Virus record (IMG/VR): IMGVR_UViG_3300025009_000054
Location: 78,705 to 142,704 of that record
Source: a virus
Reading direction: 5' to 3' (one strand)
DNA length: 64,000 bases
Made by a program: the position numbers and the translations under genes. Of this stretch, positions 1-9,445 are shown piece after piece. The stretch's first letter is position 1. Every line of letters begins with the position of its first letter. The notes beneath the pieces are model-generated. The model was not told the DNA's origin. It ran no database searches and was given only the letters and a program-made list of their open reading frames with translations.

Positions 1-1940
1 CATCCGCTAGCCCTTCCCGTATTACACATGACCTCAAGCACACGCCCATCAGTATCCTTATTTACAGTAATATATATACTGCCACAGTTTCCAACCTTAA
101 ATACCGACGTGCTACCAGATAGAAGCTGTGGCCTAGTAGTAGATCTTATATCCTCCGGTGTATGGGTTTTCCCACCAGCAGACATTGGTTGATTCTCACG
201 GCAGTTATTTCTATATACTGTCATTCCTTTACACCCAGTCTCATATGCCAACTTTATAGCACCAGCGACATCTTCAACTGTGGAGTTGTTATTCATATTA
301 ATGGTTTTGCTAATGGATAGATCTATATGCTCCTGAAACGCTGCTTGCATTTTGATATGATCAGACCAATGTATATCGTGCGCACATACAAATAGCCTCT
401 TCAGGGACGACGGGAGTCCTGTAATATTTTGAATTGATCCATCATGTTTTTTTGCAATCTCACTAATTAAATCATTCGACCATATACCAGCACGTTTTGA
501 TTCATCGACAAACATGGGGTGAACTTCACTCATCTCAGTGCCATCAAGTACTGTCCTGGTATAAGCCACTGAGTACATCGGCTCTATACCGCCAGTGACA
601 CCTGCAATTATTGATAACGACCCAGTCGGTGCTACACACGTCCTAGTAGCATTACGGATAGCGTACTTACCATCGTATATACTGCCACTCCACGCTGGAA
701 ATGCACCACGTTCATTAGCCATATAAATAGATTCTTCGGTAGCAATATTTGAGATAGCCTGCATTACCATCTTACCAGTATCACGAGCTTCTTCGGAATC
801 ATATCTCAGTCCAAGTTTGAGTAGCATTTCTGCCCAGCCCATAACGCCTAACCCAATCTTGCGTGTGAGCAGCGTAGCATCTTTGATTTCTGGAAGTGGG
901 TAACAATTGACATCTATTACATTGTCGAGGAATCTTACTGCAGTTCTAACAGTAGATTCCAATATATCCATGTCTATTTTTGGCATATCATCATTAGTGA
1001 CCATTAAAGATAAGTTGATAGACCCCAAATTGCATGACTCGTTGGTTAACTGTGGCACTTCTGCACAGGGATTGCAGCCCTCTATCTCACCAAGATGTGG
1101 AGTTGGATTATATCTATTAATATTACCCCTGAATAGTATTCCAGGCTCTCCAGTTGCATGCGCATTATTAACGAGTGCATCGAATAATTGAACGGCACTA
1201 ATTGTGGTTCTATTTCCAGTTGTAGGACACACAAGGTCATATTTACTATTGGTATTGACGGCATCCATAAACGCATCATCCACTAATACGCTTATATTGA
1301 AATTTTTGAGTTTACTTAGATTACTCTTACACTTAATAAACTCAAAAATATCTGGATGGCCTATGGGCATGAGAGCCATATTGGCACCCATGCGCGCACT
1401 ACCTTGTTGCACAGCATCCGTACAAGCATTGATAGCTTCTATAAACGATATTGGTCCACCGGCCTTACCATTTGTCGATGATACCAGAGCTCCCTTTGGC
1501 CTAATATGACCAAAATTAGCTCCAACCCCTCCACCCGACTTATGAATTAAGGCAAATTGCTTGATCGTATCAAATATACCTTCCATCGAATCTGGTAATG
1601 ATAGCGTAAAACATGCCGCGAGTTGTCCATTATCTCGACCGGCATTGATTAGAGTAGGTGTGTTTGGAAGAAAATGCATATTACTCATTAGCGTGTAGAA
1701 GTCAATGGCCTGGCTTATCACATCTTCCATGGATGACCCATATTGCTTATCAGCCATAGCAATAGCAGCAGCTACACGTGCAAACATATCACGCGGACTT
1801 TCTATGCAGTTACCAGCACTATCTTTACGTAGATATCTCTTAGTAAGTAGTGTAGTAGCATTGTCGCTCAACACAGGATCTAGATCTACCTGAGCGTGTA
1901 TCTCAGCAATAATATCATAGGTGTTAAATTCGATAGGCAC
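1..1940 (-). CDS. nrdJ: Class II (B12-dependent) ribonucleotide reductase, 3' end runs off the window
   Basis: Not in the ORF track because there is no stop in the window. Hand translation from GTG at 1940 (GGAGG upstream) gives KRYLRKD, FLPNTPTLINAG, QLAACF, GGGVGANF, GEPGILF, catalytic NPCAE and SISKTIN, followed by a TSCPD-like C-terminal segment; NPCAE and SISKTIN were checked to be in frame with the start. Confidence 0.92.
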   Translation of the reverse strand, partial: MPIEFNTYDIIAEIHAQVDLDPVLSDNATTLLTKRYLRKDSAGNCIESPRDMFARVAAAIAMADKQYGSSMEDVISQAIDFYTLMSNMHFLPNTPTLINAGRDNGQLAACFTLSLPDSMEGIFDTIKQFALIHKSGGGVGANFGHIRPKGALVSSTNGKAGGPISFIEAINACTDAVQQGSARMGANMALMPIGHPDIFEFIKCKSNLSKLKNFNISVLVDDAFMDAVNTNSKYDLVCPTTGNRTTISAVQLFDALVNNAHATGEPGILFRGNINRYNPTPHLGEIEGCNPCAEVPQLTNESCNLGSINLSLMVTNDDMPKIDMDILESTVRTAVRFLDNVIDVNCYPLPEIKDATLLTRKIGLGVMGWAEMLLKLGLRYDSEEARDTGKMVMQAISNIATEESIYMANERGAFPAWSGSIYDGKYAIRNATRTCVAPTGSLSIIAGVTGGIEPMYSVAYTRTVLDGTEMSEVHPMFVDESKRAGIWSNDLISEIAKKHDGSIQNITGLPSSLKRLFVCAHDIHWSDHIKMQAAFQEHIDLSISKTINMNNNSTVEDVAGAIKLAYETGCKGMTVYRNNCRENQPMSAGGKTHTPEDIRSTTRPQLLSGSTSVFKVGNCGSIYITVNKDTDGRVLEVMCNTGRASG

Positions 1941-1942
1941 TA

Positions 1943-3196
1943 TTATCTTCCTCCAGGGTTTATTGCTCTTTTGATTCTCATAAGCGAGAACCTGTCATAT
2001 CTTATATCGAGATTATCACGATTAAACCGCATACTCTCGACCTTGGCATTATCACACCAGCCACATTCTATCGTAGACGCAGCATAATTACGACCACTAC
2101 TGTATGTGTTGCCATTAGACATATGACTACATGCTATGATATGTGATGCGAATGCTGGTATATCATCATCGGTTCCAGATGCCTTACATATGTTCTGCAT
2201 CATTTTACCCGTATCAACCCCAAGCGACGCTATCACACTATACATTGATTCAATCATGTAGAGAGTTAAATTATACGCTTCGGGATAGATCATTCTCTCA
2301 TTTGCAGAATTTGTTAAATCCCGCTCGTGCCATGTTGGGATGTTCTCCATCGCAACAACCACGTATGATCTGACCATCCTAGCGAGGGAACATATACGTT
2401 CACATAATCCTGGATTTTTACCAGACTTATGTTTCATTGACGACGACCCAGCCGCAGATTCCTTCGACACCTCATATACCTCATCAATTTCCGGACGAGC
2501 GAGGTTTCTTATCTCTGTTGCAATACGCTCTAGGGTGCTAGCTATAAGTGCTAGCTGACATATATACTTAGCATATACCGATCTATCGACGATCTGCGAC
2601 GACGCTGCCGCTGGATATAGTCCCAGTATATAGCACGCTTTCCTCTCGACATCTGGATCGAGTACATTATACGACCCAACTGGTCCAGACATCTTACCAT
2701 AATACTCGTTAGCATTGAGATCATTGATGTGTCTTGTTATATCCCATATCCAGCTAGCCAATTTGCTAGAAAATTTCATTGGTTCTGCCCACTGTCCATG
2801 CGTCCTACCAATAATTATAGCACCAGAATTATCTTTAGCACACTTCTCTATGGCATTTCTAAATTCGACCAGTGAAGACATTATCTGTGTACCACTACGC
2901 ATACACATTAGCGACATCGATGTATCCATAACATCTGATGCCGCTAGTCCATAGTATACTGGAACGCATTCTGGATATTTATCCTCTACCCATGAGATGA
3001 AACCTATCATTTCATGAACATATTCATTGATAAATGCGTTGATAACTGGTAAGTCACCACCTAATATCTCTGGTATGCATTTTTTGGTAGACAAGCCATG
3101 CGATTTAATTACAGCATTCATAACCTGTGCCCAGGTTTGGTATTTGGATAGATCACTCCAAATACCATTACATTTGGTATCGTATCGGCTAGTCAT
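1943..3196 (-). CDS. purB: Adenylosuccinate lyase (divergent PurB)
   Basis: GRTHGQWAEP, GKMSGPVG, QIVDR, ERIATEIRNL, GSSSMKHKSGKNP (variant of SSxMPxKxN), WHERDLTNSANER. Confidence 0.92.
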   Translation of the reverse strand: MTSRYDTKCNGIWSDLSKYQTWAQVMNAVIKSHGLSTKKCIPEILGGDLPVINAFINEYVHEMIGFISWVEDKYPECVPVYYGLAASDVMDTSMSLMCMRSGTQIMSSLVEFRNAIEKCAKDNSGAIIIGRTHGQWAEPMKFSSKLASWIWDITRHINDLNANEYYGKMSGPVGSYNVLDPDVERKACYILGLYPAAASSQIVDRSVYAKYICQLALIASTLERIATEIRNLARPEIDEVYEVSKESAAGSSSMKHKSGKNPGLCERICSLARMVRSYVVVAMENIPTWHERDLTNSANERMIYPEAYNLTLYMIESMYSVIASLGVDTGKMMQNICKASGTDDDIPAFASHIIACSHMSNGNTYSSGRNYAASTIECGWCDNAKVESMRFNRDNLDIRYDRFSLMRIKRAINPGGR

Positions 3197-3198
3197 TA

Positions 3199-4044
3199 TT
3201 AGCCCTCCACACGCACTAACATCTTAATATCGGTAATACCCTTAACACCTTCTAAATAAGCAAACCCATCATTTATTGACATTAATCGATATCTAGTAGT
3301 ACCATGCAACATACGAACTACATCTCCATCATGCAACTCTACACCATGCGCGTCATCATTTTTACCTGGTGTCACTGGCACGTTACTGATTATAGGAACG
3401 TTAGTACTCCTAAGCAGAGTTGATATACCATCTTCCTCAATGCGACCCCACAAACCGCGCAGTACCAGTATCGATATAATCGCATAGTTCGACATGTCGC
3501 CCATGGTTTCAATTACGCTCTCTCCACCATCATCGAGTTTGTTCTGAAGAATATTGCGCATGCGGCATGTCTTATCATGCATTCGGCTGTGAATGCCAGT
3601 AACACCAACGTCAGATAGGTTCTCATTACTGTATTTTCGACCACGCTCAACCATAATGGATAAGTTGCGATCACACATTTTCTTAACCTGCTGATCTACC
3701 TGCGCTGCATCCATATAGATTAGATTGTCCTCATCGAATAATCCTGACGATGCTACTAGCTGTCCAACAACTCCATATACCGCGATTCGCTTAAATATGT
3801 CTATGGCAGCGCAGCAAGCTTCACGACTAATCTCACTACCAGTATATACACACGGCTTTAGGTTGTCAATATCACCCATACCGACGAGCACTCCAGCGTC
3901 TAACCATAACATCTGACACGATGCCAGTATTCCATCTACCCCTATCCTGCTAACGACTGACATTGAACGTGGTGTATCGGTTAGCATGTTGATCGCAGCA
4001 GCCCCAATACTGTCTACTTCTGTACTAAGTATCGATATTTTCAC
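3199..4044 (-). CDS. Protein with Nmad1/DUF1599 (all-alpha NTP-pyrophosphatase-like) domain
   Basis: Central segment RGRKYS...GIHSRMHDKTCRMRN...ESVIETMGDMSNYAII matches the DUF1599 pattern (K..DYG, R..DK..R, ES..DT..D..NY). Start moved to GTG 4044 behind GGAGG. Confidence 0.7.
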   Translation of the reverse strand: MKISILSTEVDSIGAAAINMLTDTPRSMSVVSRIGVDGILASCQMLWLDAGVLVGMGDIDNLKPCVYTGSEISREACCAAIDIFKRIAVYGVVGQLVASSGLFDEDNLIYMDAAQVDQQVKKMCDRNLSIMVERGRKYSNENLSDVGVTGIHSRMHDKTCRMRNILQNKLDDGGESVIETMGDMSNYAIISILVLRGLWGRIEEDGISTLLRSTNVPIISNVPVTPGKNDDAHGVELHDGDVVRMLHGTTRYRLMSINDGFAYLEGVKGITDIKMLVRVEG

Positions 4045-4045
4045 A

Positions 4046-6742
4046 TTACGCCTCCACACTCTCTTGACTACCAGATGGCATCCCACCACCTAGCGTCGGC
4101 TGACCATCGGATGGCTCAAACCACGAAGTCGTTTCGCCATCCCATACTGCATGGACGATACCTTCTCTGCCACCTCTATTCTTACTAATATTAATTATAT
4201 GTCTGCCATACTTAAATCCAATCTCATTTATGATCTTCTCAGGTTTCTTCTGTGGAATCATGAATGTATCGCAGTCAGCCCATATCTTCTTCGATCCACC
4301 AACATGCTCGGCACCTATCGGATTAAATTCTCTCTTTTGATCCATCATGCCAATAGCTGATGCCGATAACTGTGCGGCACACACAGCAGCTATATCTAAA
4401 TTTCCTGCCATATTTTTAATACCGGTGGATACATCTCTATACTCTGCCCATAGTTCACCTGAGGAATGCGACTCGCTTCCGAGTAGCTGTATGTAATCTA
4501 TAAAGACGGCAGATATATCGTATTTCAGTTTATACAAATGGGTGATAGCTGAAACAGCCTGAATTGATGCACCGTACTTTGTTTCAATAAATATGGGCAT
4601 TTGGCTTATGGCATATGCAGCATCTTTAACCATATCGAGTTCTAACTGAGTTAGATACCCGTACTGCATGGCGTTTATGGTCACACGCTGTCCAAACATT
4701 ATCCATATGAGCATTGAGTATAACCTAGTCATAACGTCACCATCTTCCATCTCCATGTTGACGAAGAGGACAGGTGCACCCTGTAATGCCATGACAAGTG
4801 CTATCTTTAGCATAAGCGCACTCTTGCCTTGTCCAGGCAATGCTCCTATGACGATATACTTCTGTTTCCTGATACCGCCAAGTGTAAGCGATAATGCTGG
4901 GAATTGTGGTCTAAGGTCAAATCCTGGTAACGTGCCTGGATTTGCCACCTGGTTTATGATGAACCTCGTAGTCCTATCGACCAGAGCAATCCTATTGTGT
5001 TCTCCATCACCATCAGATGACCCTCTAACAGCGATGGCAACTACGTCACCGCTTATCTTAGATACTATTTCATCAGATGATATCGACGCGTCAATACACA
5101 TCGACATTGTACCAGTCATTTTTTCATATAGGGTACGTCTCTTATACCTATCGATAATTATATCTAAGCACGACTGCCAATCCTCATACGACGCACTAAA
5201 TACAGCATCGACATTCGTTTGAGATACCAAATTGCCTTTACCAGACGCAACTATATTAGAGTGTACGACATGGGCAGTAGGTACTCCGGCCTTGGCACGT
5301 TCTTCTACGATCGCGCTAAATATGAATTTATTTGAGAATACATAGAAGCAGTCCTCTGTCAGCGACGATACACACTGTGCATATATCTGCTCATTACCAG
5401 CCATAGCCGATAATATTTTATTTTCGGACGTCGCATCAGATAATACTGACGTATCATATATTCCAGACGATACGCATGCAGTAATTGTTTGCTGATCGAT
5501 TCCTACGGCATCAGATATGCATTTACACGCTATTGCTTTGTTAAGTGGACTCAATGTATGGACTCTAGAGCGTACCTTGTTTATGAGCATATGTACATCA
5601 AGCACGTTGTCTACTACTGTATCAAGCATAGACTGTTCTATATAGTATTGAGCAAAATGCGTTGCATTGTTGAGCTTATCATCAATTGACGCAATACCAT
5701 GAGTATTTATGACGTCATCTGGGTCTAGTCCTGGTGGCAATGTTACGATATCTAATATCATGCCATCATCTATACTAAGCTGTGATACTAAATTATATAG
5801 ACCTTTTCTGCCACCAGCATCACCATCCCACATTAGCGAAATTCTAGATGCGCCATATTGTTTAGCAGTCATAACCTGTTCTGGCGATAGGTTGACGTTC
5901 ATAACTCCAACTGTAGATAGCCTATTACATGAATGCATGCGCATCACATCGAAAAATCCCTCTACAGCAATGAGCCGACCACTCTCTCTTATATGCTTTC
6001 GAGCTCTATGCATACCATATAACGGTGATGCAATCGGGTATACAGGAGAATTCCTACTGGTACCAGCCCATTTATCCTTTGATGGCGTCATAGCTCTACC
6101 ACGAAAGAATACTATATCACCCTCAGCATCATGTATCGGGAATATCAACCTCCCACCGAATAGATTATCGTTTGTGAGCTCTAACCTATCAATGGTAATA
6201 TCATCAACACCAGCACTACGCATGGCTACGATAAGGTCATGGGCATGCTCCGTATATCCTAAATTGAAGTCGTCCTGTGTCTGAGACGGAATCTGCCTCA
6301 CATCAGTAACATACTCAACTATCTTTTTATTCTGAAGGTACATCTGGTGCATTACGTCAGCGGCCATACCATTGATTCCGCACAAATAGTCATGCCACTG
6401 TTCCTCTATGGTAGGCTCTCTAAGATAATCTTTGATATCTATATTAAAATCGACACTAAATTGTTCAACAGCTTCTATGAACGTCAATCCTAGATATGCT
6501 TGAATAAATCGTATAACATCTTTTCCATGCTTATCGGAACAGCTACCGAAGCATTTCCATATTTGTTTACGATCGCTTACTACGAAACTAGGGTCATTAT
6601 CAGCGTGGAATGGACAACAGCACCTACTTACGGATCCTGCCTTCTCTAAGACTATATATCTACCAATTGCATCTGATAGTGGAACAGCATTTGATATGAA
6701 CTGGATTAGACCTTGTGGGTCACGAACTCTTAATTTTCCCAT
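4046..6742 (-). CDS. DnaG-type primase fused to DnaB-type replicative helicase
   Basis: CHC2 zinc finger CCPFH...WKCFGSC; TOPRIM VEGFFDV, WDGDAGG and DPDD; DnaB N-terminal region; Walker A GALPGQGKS, NMEM, IDYIQLL, AQL, KNRGG. Confidence 0.93.
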   Translation of the reverse strand: MGKLRVRDPQGLIQFISNAVPLSDAIGRYIVLEKAGSVSRCCCPFHADNDPSFVVSDRKQIWKCFGSCSDKHGKDVIRFIQAYLGLTFIEAVEQFSVDFNIDIKDYLREPTIEEQWHDYLCGINGMAADVMHQMYLQNKKIVEYVTDVRQIPSQTQDDFNLGYTEHAHDLIVAMRSAGVDDITIDRLELTNDNLFGGRLIFPIHDAEGDIVFFRGRAMTPSKDKWAGTSRNSPVYPIASPLYGMHRARKHIRESGRLIAVEGFFDVMRMHSCNRLSTVGVMNVNLSPEQVMTAKQYGASRISLMWDGDAGGRKGLYNLVSQLSIDDGMILDIVTLPPGLDPDDVINTHGIASIDDKLNNATHFAQYYIEQSMLDTVVDNVLDVHMLINKVRSRVHTLSPLNKAIACKCISDAVGIDQQTITACVSSGIYDTSVLSDATSENKILSAMAGNEQIYAQCVSSLTEDCFYVFSNKFIFSAIVEERAKAGVPTAHVVHSNIVASGKGNLVSQTNVDAVFSASYEDWQSCLDIIIDRYKRRTLYEKMTGTMSMCIDASISSDEIVSKISGDVVAIAVRGSSDGDGEHNRIALVDRTTRFIINQVANPGTLPGFDLRPQFPALSLTLGGIRKQKYIVIGALPGQGKSALMLKIALVMALQGAPVLFVNMEMEDGDVMTRLYSMLIWIMFGQRVTINAMQYGYLTQLELDMVKDAAYAISQMPIFIETKYGASIQAVSAITHLYKLKYDISAVFIDYIQLLGSESHSSGELWAEYRDVSTGIKNMAGNLDIAAVCAAQLSASAIGMMDQKREFNPIGAEHVGGSKKIWADCDTFMIPQKKPEKIINEIGFKYGRHIINISKNRGGREGIVHAVWDGETTSWFEPSDGQPTLGGGMPSGSQESVEA

Positions 6743-6751
6743 TTATTGCCC

Positions 6752-7369
6752 CTACATATTTGTTAATGAGAACGCTTTTTGTATGTCACTCTTAATAGCA
6801 TCGCGCAGAAACTTGAACTGCTTATATTCAGCCATACGATGCAAATACGACTGATGGAACGTTGGTACTAGTATAGCTGATCCCCACTCAAACTTGATCT
6901 GATTTGTGGTGCCACGTACGGCAGTCATACTCGATGGTCTTTTACCAACGACACTATGGTACGCAGACACACCAAGCGTCATTATAACTGTCGGTCTTAT
7001 TATATCTAATTGCTGCGATAGGTAGGTAGAGCAGCTTACAGACTCCTCCTTATTTGGATCACAGTCAGTGTCTCCATCGTGGGGTCTACATAGTACGGTA
7101 TTGGTAATAAATACATGCTCATCATCTATACCTAGCTCCGTAAGTATCTCATTAAATATGTCACCACCAGGTCCAGCGAGTATATTACCACTAGTTACTT
7201 CCTCGGCACCTGGACACAATCCTATAATTACAAGCTTACTGTGTATTGATCCACGTGGCATTACTGGTACTGGAGACAGTGCCCTAAGTGGGCACTCGTT
7301 ACAGTCCTGCATTTGTCCTACTAGATTTAGAAATTTTACTGTGTCCGGTCTATAACCTTCCATTATCAC
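6752..7369 (-). CDS. Family-4 uracil-DNA glycosylase-like Fe-S protein with atypical active-site motifs
   Basis: CNECPL, GLCPGAEE, TNTVLCRP, conserved Cys, IRPTVIMTLG, PTFHQSYL. Confidence 0.85.
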   Translation of the reverse strand: MIMEGYRPDTVKFLNLVGQMQDCNECPLRALSPVPVMPRGSIHSKLVIIGLCPGAEEVTSGNILAGPGGDIFNEILTELGIDDEHVFITNTVLCRPHDGDTDCDPNKEESVSCSTYLSQQLDIIRPTVIMTLGVSAYHSVVGKRPSSMTAVRGTTNQIKFEWGSAILVPTFHQSYLHRMAEYKQFKFLRDAIKSDIQKAFSLTNM

Positions 7370-7671
7370 CCCTCCACAGTCTTTTTAATATATAATCCAG
7401 GCAACCTACGCGCATCACCATCAAAACTAGTATTGATAGCATATGGCTTACGATACCATGGTTTATACATGAGGCTGACGCCAACACTACCACCACCAGA
7501 GGGTGCATCAATATGTATAGCTATTGGTAGACACGACGCCAGGACAGTCTGCACTAGCTGTATTAGCACATCAGTATGTACATCATATGCTATGTCGATG
7601 GAGTTTGATTCGGTACTATCACAATTCTCGATTTCCTTACTAAAGTCTGAGATAATTTCATCTATTGTCAT
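7366..7671 (-). CDS. Hypothetical protein
   Basis: 101-aa ORF overlapping both neighbours in operon fashion. Confidence 0.6.
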   Translation of the reverse strand: MTIDEIISDFSKEIENCDSTESNSIDIAYDVHTDVLIQLVQTVLASCLPIAIHIDAPSGGGSVGVSLMYKPWYRKPYAINTSFDGDARRLPGLYIKKTVEG

Positions 7672-8308
7672 TGTTCACTCCTAATCCCATCATCATATCC
7701 CATTCATACATATTCTTGTTAGCATTAACTTTCTCGCATTGTACACCTGGGACAGCGATATTAATCGTTCTCTTCATAACATTAGCTGTTGCATGCTCAG
7801 CACTAGCCTTATCGCTAGCAATACTAGTAAAGTCTGACTGCAATACACGCAAGGCATATGTAATATGTCTGGCTCCAGCAGATATAGATTGCTCGATAGC
7901 GTACGATATCTGCTCATTCGATGGCTTCATAGTAAACATTTGCCAGAGTGATGTAAATTGCGATGAATCGAAATCCGACATCATCAGGTTTGTGGTTATT
8001 GAGTTATATATATTCTGAAATTCTTCATTATATATGACATCTGAGTATCTAGCATTATTCTTGAGGTAGTTCACTAATCCTGGGTAGAAATACACTATTC
8101 CAGTGGCGACTTTATCAATACTCTTTGGGGTTGACCATTTCGACATCAATTCCATTACGGCTTTGACAGGATAGTTATACGCCATCAAATCAGCATGACA
8201 CAAATCTACAGGGGTGCACTGAGCGGTCACCCCTGTAGACTCACATATACTTCTATGATGCGCAATAAGCGTCCTTCCACCGTATGTCATTGGACGCTCA
8301 CTAATCAT
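7658..8308 (-). CDS. Protein with DnaD/DnaB_2-like domain (possible helicase loader or initiator)
   Basis: EQISYAIEQSISAGARHITYALRVL resembles the DnaD-domain consensus; lies upstream of the primase-helicase. Confidence 0.5.
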   Translation of the reverse strand: MISERPMTYGGRTLIAHHRSICESTGVTAQCTPVDLCHADLMAYNYPVKAVMELMSKWSTPKSIDKVATGIVYFYPGLVNYLKNNARYSDVIYNEEFQNIYNSITTNLMMSDFDSSQFTSLWQMFTMKPSNEQISYAIEQSISAGARHITYALRVLQSDFTSIASDKASAEHATANVMKRTINIAVPGVQCEKVNANKNMYEWDMMMGLGVNNDNR

Positions 8309-8683
8309 TTATTCCTCCACACCACCATCGACTATCTGGACAGGTGGTACTGTATCATTGGATTCTTCAGATTTTGCATTACTACATGCGCACTGATGAC
8401 CTCCATCATCTACTGCCATAACAGCCTGGAGCAGTCCTAGCGTCTGTCTCTCGGTAATTGGTGCAGATGCCATCATCTTCCCATACTCAACAAGACCCAT
8501 CTGCAGCATAGTATCTGCGCCGAATGGTACGTACTCATATCTAGGCTGGTGAGTATCTGGGTCAACTTTCACACCAATGAGTACAAATGCAGCATATCCA
8601 GCATCACGCGCAAACCTCTTAATCGGATCCTCTCCTACGATCGGTATATTTCCACCGATAGGGATTCCTCTACCACTTGACAT
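8309..8683 (-). CDS. Hypothetical protein
   Basis: AGGAGG RBS; abuts the next gene. Confidence 0.7.
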   Translation of the reverse strand: MSSGRGIPIGGNIPIVGEDPIKRFARDAGYAAFVLIGVKVDPDTHQPRYEYVPFGADTMLQMGLVEYGKMMASAPITERQTLGLLQAVMAVDDGGHQCACSNAKSEESNDTVPPVQIVDGGVEE

Positions 8684-8730
8684 TTAATTCTCCTCCTATG
8701 TTGTATATAAATCTAAAGACAGGTGACATT

Positions 8731-9444
8731 CTAAGCAGATTTGATCATGCGGCCAATGATCATCGGTTGTCCGACTGAAGGTACGACAACTTCCCACACA
8801 TATTCGGCTCCAATAAGATTGAGCTTCTTTACTCCAAACTTGATATTACCGTTCATATCTACTTTTGAATGCTTAGTTCTATGCACATACGACGAATCAC
8901 ACTGAGAGTGTGAACCTACGATAGTAACACTATTTTTATAAAACATAGCCCACGCTATCTGTCCAATATCAAATACTTTATTCGTGACCATTACCGGTAT
9001 TGTTAATACTCCATCATTACCGGCTACACTATGCCATCCATCATTATGCCTCTTCGTAGTATTTGGTCCTCTACTGCGTCTAGGCTTCTTGGGTGCTATC
9101 GAATTCGGAATGGTCGCTGGTGATGAGCAATACATCGCAAGTCCTAAAGACGGGTTCTCTTCTACTATCATTCCACCTGGATGATCAGCCACACTCTTGC
9201 CAATCGGATGATATACAAGTACCCCAATGTCAGTACCAGACATATTACCCATAGTCTGCAAATAATCTTTGGTCATCTCGCCATTATTCCACATAGATAT
9301 AACAATCGGTCTAACATCACTATGTGGAGCCCATAGCCCATCACCACGTACCTTTATAGTAACGTCGTAGGCGGTAAACACTATTCCGCTTGAAACATAG
9401 TCAACTACTGTATCCCTTATTGCAACCTCTAATGATGCGTTCAT
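8731..9444 (-). CDS. Hypothetical two-domain protein coupled to PARP; C-terminus resembles duplicated AbrB/MraZ-like hairpins
   Basis: Start re-called at ATG 9444 (GGAGGGAG RBS), immediately after the PARP stop. N-terminal FTAYDVT..VR...VYHP domain, basic linker, then SVAGNDGVLTIP and KVDMNGNIKF repeats. Confidence 0.6.
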   Translation of the reverse strand: MNASLEVAIRDTVVDYVSSGIVFTAYDVTIKVRGDGLWAPHSDVRPIVISMWNNGEMTKDYLQTMGNMSGTDIGVLVYHPIGKSVADHPGGMIVEENPSLGLAMYCSSPATIPNSIAPKKPRRSRGPNTTKRHNDGWHSVAGNDGVLTIPVMVTNKVFDIGQIAWAMFYKNSVTIVGSHSQCDSSYVHRTKHSKVDMNGNIKFGVKKLNLIGAEYVWEVVVPSVGQPMIIGRMIKSA

Positions 9445-9445
9445 A

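Noticed and set aside
1-1940. Intron or intein in the RNR gene, as a reason it is missing from the ORF track
   Set aside because: The start, NPCAE and C-terminal motifs are in one frame at normal spacing; the gene is absent from the track only because its stop lies outside the window.
6752-7369. UdgX-type covalent uracil trap
   Set aside because: The KRRIH loop is absent.
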